From: Paraspadella gotoi
Lineage: Eukaryota; Animalia; Chaetognatha
Direction of reading: 5' to 3'
Assembly (NCBI GenBank): GCA_051294375.1
Contig: JBJCIZ010001365.1
Coordinates: 1-11,521 of the forward strand
Length of the DNA: 11,521 nucleotides
Part shown: positions 8,183-11,521 of the stretch, piece by piece
Position numbering within the stretch: position 1 is the stretch's first letter
Layout: each line of letters opens with the position of its first letter
Position numbers and translations under genes: made by a program
The notes under the pieces: model-generated
The model's database searches: none
What the model was told of the DNA's origin: nothing
The model's input: the letters and a program-made list of their open reading frames with translations, nothing else

Positions 8183-8978
8183 AATTATTATTAGTTTTTT
8201 ACGCCTGTCCGCCAACGACATTTTCTTTTAATTTTTATGTGGTTGTACTATTTTTGTTTTATGTAATCTTGTAATCTCGTGCGATGTCATCAGTATAAAT
8301 ATATGATCGAACCAAAGTAATAAACGAAAAGAACAATTCTCTTGTTTGGTTTCTTATTAGATGTTTTATGTTAAATATTAGATATACACATGATACCGTA
8401 ATAAATCGATAAGTTTGAAAAGATCCAAAAAGTAAAAAATAAATAAAAAAAACGAAGACGAAATGTGTCTCTTTACACATGATTATAGACGGAATATCAA
8501 GTACAATCTGCTAAATTATTTTTAAACGAAATGGTGTTTCTTTACACATGATTGCAATGAAAGTACGAGGTAAAAGGTATGAATACGGTAAAATCGATTG
8601 GATTCTTCCGAAATGAGAAAAACGAAATAAGGAACGATATTGAGGCTGCTTTATCGGCTGTGATCGCGTTTTACGGGAAAACAACAATAACAAGTTTCCG
8701 TCGAATGAAAAACGAATTGAAATAATGGCTCTGGTCCGATTTGTGAGGAGTAGTAACTTCTTCTCGAAGTTTATAGATAATAAGGTTTAAAAAAGTTCAT
8801 TGAGAAATAAAATTAACAGAATAAATTCTGTATAAGATCGTACACTGTTCGAATTTCGATTGTTGGTGAAAGTTTCGATTTTGTTCACGGTACTATTATC
8901 CGTCGTTCTCGTGGACGAACGCCGCGCCGCGTCTGGGCAGCCGGTCCGGCGCTCAGACTTCGGCGCTTCGTCCGGACC

Positions 8979-11095
8979 TCATAGGTCGTCGTCTTCTTCA
9001 TCTTTATCTGCTTGGATGTCCTCTTCGTCGCCGTCTTCTCCAAGAATAATGCGCTCTTGAGCCGGGGTTAGTTCCGGCATTGTAGGAGAGATAGGAAGGG
9101 ACGTCGTAGTCTCCGGCGCTGAGGCAAACGAATCGTTCGCGGAGGAAGCTTTTGAAGCTTCAGTAGGTGTGGCGTTGGTCGTCATGATTGACGATTTGGT
9201 GGCCGAAAAATCGGCGCCAGATTCTTCTGTTGGCTTTTCGATGTAGGTAATAGCGGTGGCGCGGAATTCCTCACGAACATCCCGGCTGCGAAAGCCATGG
9301 GGGTCGGAATCGAGCATGAGGGCGCCGGGCAGGATTGCTGGAAAGCCTCGACGTTTCGTCGATAAGGTATTCGTCGATAGTTTCTTCTTTGGAATTTGTG
9401 GACGACTAAACTCTTCGTCCCAACGCTTGTAATTTCTCCACCAGACGTTTTGTTTCTCACTTAGTTTTCCGGATTGTCGTCGTTTCTCGAAGTCGTCGTA
9501 GAACTCTTGACGGGCTTTGATGCCGTCTTCCTTTGAGAGGCTCCACTCTTTGGGCCTGGTTGCTGGCTGCTGCTGTTTCTCCTTTTCCATCTCCGAAGTC
9601 GCCCCTCCCGCCTCCCCTTCTCCACTGTCGGTTTCGGCCACCGAGACTTCTGATGTCGAAGCGAGGCTAACGGTCGATCCGAAGTCCCTCCTCCTTCGTT
9701 GTTTGACTTTGTCCTCAAGCCAGTTGCCGTCGCCTTGTCTAAGGAAATATCCCAATCTGGCCGCGTGTTCGGGGATCTCGGTATCGAATGTTTCGCCTCT
9801 GAATGGGATGAAGGGGGAAAGGAGGGTGGATACGGGAGAGAAGGTAGAGGAGAAATGGAAGCAAATCAATCACAAATATATTGGTTATGAACATATAGAT
9901 TCCAATGTATATTTAGGTTAAAATTATTATAATTCAATCTAAACCTCGAATGTCCCGGTTCTGTGGGTGTTGTAAGATCGAAAACTGGCGTTGAAGTGTG
10001 TTTGGGTGTGTGCATGGGAACGCGGCCCAGCACTCCAGTGGATAGATCGGCTTCGATCTCGGCGTCTTTCTGTGCGGCTCGTGCCGCCGCTTCCTCTTCC
10101 ATTACGCGGTCGAACCACGATTTAGAAGATCCCGGCAGCTGAGAATGGGGAGAAGAGACGATGCCGTCCGTCTCCGGGGTCCTCACTGTGGGAACCGATC
10201 GGTCAGCTAGTCCGTGGAGTCCCAAGGGATCTTCGTTTTCATCTTCATCCATCTTTTCTTCGTCGATATTGGGCGCTGGGGGGGGCCCAGCCGGTTGTTG
10301 GCCGGTACCGGCTGACAACGCGGCTGGGGGTGGTTGGGGGAGAGGAGCTGCGGCGCCGATAGCGGCTGCCGCAGCGTCTCTCCCCGCCACCCTCGCTTGG
10401 TGAGCCACCGATCTCAGATTATGAATGGCTTGGCGCTTCTCGTTTCTCTTCTTGCGCTTTTTGGTTAATTGGAAAATCATCATGTTCTCCGCTGGGATGT
10501 CTCCCCTCCCCTCTGGCCGACTCGCCCCCCGTTGCCTCTCCGTCGCCTGTTGCGTCGGTAGTGCCGGTGGAATAGGAAGAGGAGCCGAGTTGCGAGAAGT
10601 CGGGGGAACAGAAGGGGATCGAGAAGCGTCCGGAGGAGCGCGCCTGGAGGAGTTATCCCCCGCCACTACGGATGTCGTCAATCGTCGCCAGGCCTCCTCG
10701 CGATTACTAAAGGAGCGGGTCTGCAGTCCCGCTATGATCATATTCGGTGCGCTGGAAATGGTCCGGTCGGGAGTCCAGTAGGCTTGGTCGGTTATGATAA
10801 CTGAGCGACCTTCTCTACGGTCTCGTAGTCTCCACAGGGGTCCAAGTGCACTTTCTGGCGGGAGTAAGACCACCAGATCTCCGGCATTGGCCCAGGAGCC
10901 AATCCTTCTTTCCATTTCCTCCTCTGTAAGGGCACTGAGAAGTGCATAAACAGGATCTTCGAATTTCCTTCTACCGAAGGCAATCCAGGCCGCCGAGGTT
11001 CCGATAACAATTGGATGTAGAGTTATTATAGTGGTTGTTCTGCCTGGTTGAACCAGGGTTCGGGGTCGGATATATCGGACTTGCTGAGATGCCAT
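8979..11095 (-). CDS. Unknown 656-aa accessory protein in two coding exons (11095-9945, 9798-8979); largely disordered, basic NLS-like clusters, no obvious signal peptide or TM segment
   Basis: acgATGG start context. The two long ORFs join in frame through a phase-2 GT-AG intron (AG+A = Arg; PGHSR/GETFD); 1151+820 = 1971 nt. GC-rich exons flank an AT-rich then pyrimidine-rich intron. Confidence 0.72.
9799..9944 (-). other. 146-nt spliceosomal intron in the accessory gene
   Basis: Donor GAG/GTTTAG at 9944, long polypyrimidine tract, TTCAG acceptor at 9799; removal restores the frame. Confidence 0.72.
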
Positions 11096-11132
11096 CGTTG
11101 AAATATCAGCTCGTTATTCGTAAGAATTCGCT

Positions 11133-11165
11133 CTGTAAATAACGTAGGGGTTTGTTTCGTTAGTG
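11133..11165 (-). promoter_or_regulatory. Branch point and splice acceptor upstream of the accessory ORF
   Basis: CACTAAC at 11165-11159, TTTACAG ending at 11133, then 37 nt of leader before the ATG at 11095. Confidence 0.6.
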
Positions 11166-11462
11166 TCAGGGTCAAATGAGCATAAAAAATTGCAAGTACA
11201 CAATGAATAGAGAAAGTAACAAAGAACATGTATATCTTTTTTTTTTTTTTTGCAATATTTACAAATAATCACAAACTATAAATACAATAATTTAAGTATA
11301 AATTTCTTATTCGTTAAGCAATTGGCTCCGATACCGGAGTTATTGCTCTATCTTCTACTATTATCTATCACGATGAACATGGAATGAAAGGAAAGGAAAG
11401 TCAATAATAGAGAAGCTAATTAACTCGACGATGCCGTCTAAGTATAATTAGCGATTCATATA

Positions 11463-11519
11463 TCAATCGCATTCTAATGGGACCAAACGGTTACGATCTC
11501 GCTCAAAAAATTTGTCATT
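11463..11519 (-). CDS. pol: C-terminal end of a probable Bel/Pao gag-pol polyprotein (partial, runs off the window)
   Basis: NDKFFERDRNRLVPLECD-stop resembles the R-x-x-x-(K/R)-L-x-P-L-E ending typical of the post-integrase region of Bel/Pao polyproteins. Confidence 0.55.
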   Translation of the reverse strand, partial: NDKFFERDRNRLVPLECD

Positions 11520-11521
11520 TG

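Larger units (their letters stand above)
7010..11521 (-). mobile_element. 3' part of a probable Bel/Pao LTR retrotransposon with an extra ORF; continues beyond the window
   Basis: On the minus strand, in order: pol-like C-terminus RDRNRLVPLE, extra ORF, pyrimidine-rich UTR, PPT AAAAGGCGGGG, then a TGT...ACA LTR with TATA box. The superfamily call rests on 18 codons only. Confidence 0.68.

Noticed and set aside
7922-8274. Phe/Leu/Ser-rich and Lys/Arg-rich ORFs
   Set aside because: Artefacts of the purine-rich low-complexity tract.
8259-8693. ORFs 8259-8480 and 8511-8693 sharing MCKET
   Set aside because: The shared peptide comes from the 27-nt duplication in AT-rich UTR; there is no other coding evidence.
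8860-10781. Plus-strand antisense ORFs (8860, 9517, 9699, 10161, 10425) as an HBZ-like gene
   Set aside because: Short Ser/Gly/Ala-rich shadows of the GC-rich minus-strand CDS with no recognisable motif.
8979-11095. Calling the extra ORF env or gag
   Set aside because: No signal peptide, TM anchor, Cys pattern or CCHC knuckle, and it lies downstream of the pol-like end.

Overview
AT-rich eukaryotic (probably invertebrate; inference) genomic DNA with three blocks. (1) 1297-4430 (+): a 5'-deleted, frameshifted Ty3/Gypsy LTR retrotransposon (RT-RNase H-integrase, PPT, 3' LTR). (2) 4938-6950 (-): a spliced, divergent 7-transmembrane (GPCR-like) gene or pseudogene whose ~1.06-kb intron holds two minisatellites. 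(3) ~7010-11521 (-): the 3' part of a probable Bel/Pao LTR retrotransposon (last 18 codons of pol, hairpin plus PPT, ~0.87-kb 3' LTR). In the position where env would sit, this element carries an intact, intron-containing 656-aa non-envelope ORF with its own branch point and splice acceptor. Its LTR has a TATA/Inr promoter, two 73-74-nt GT-AG intron candidates, a cluster of CRE/AP-1-like sites and a small ORF. This layout resembles a complex retrovirus and is the best candidate for an undescribed system. All calls were made by eye from motifs; no database search was run.
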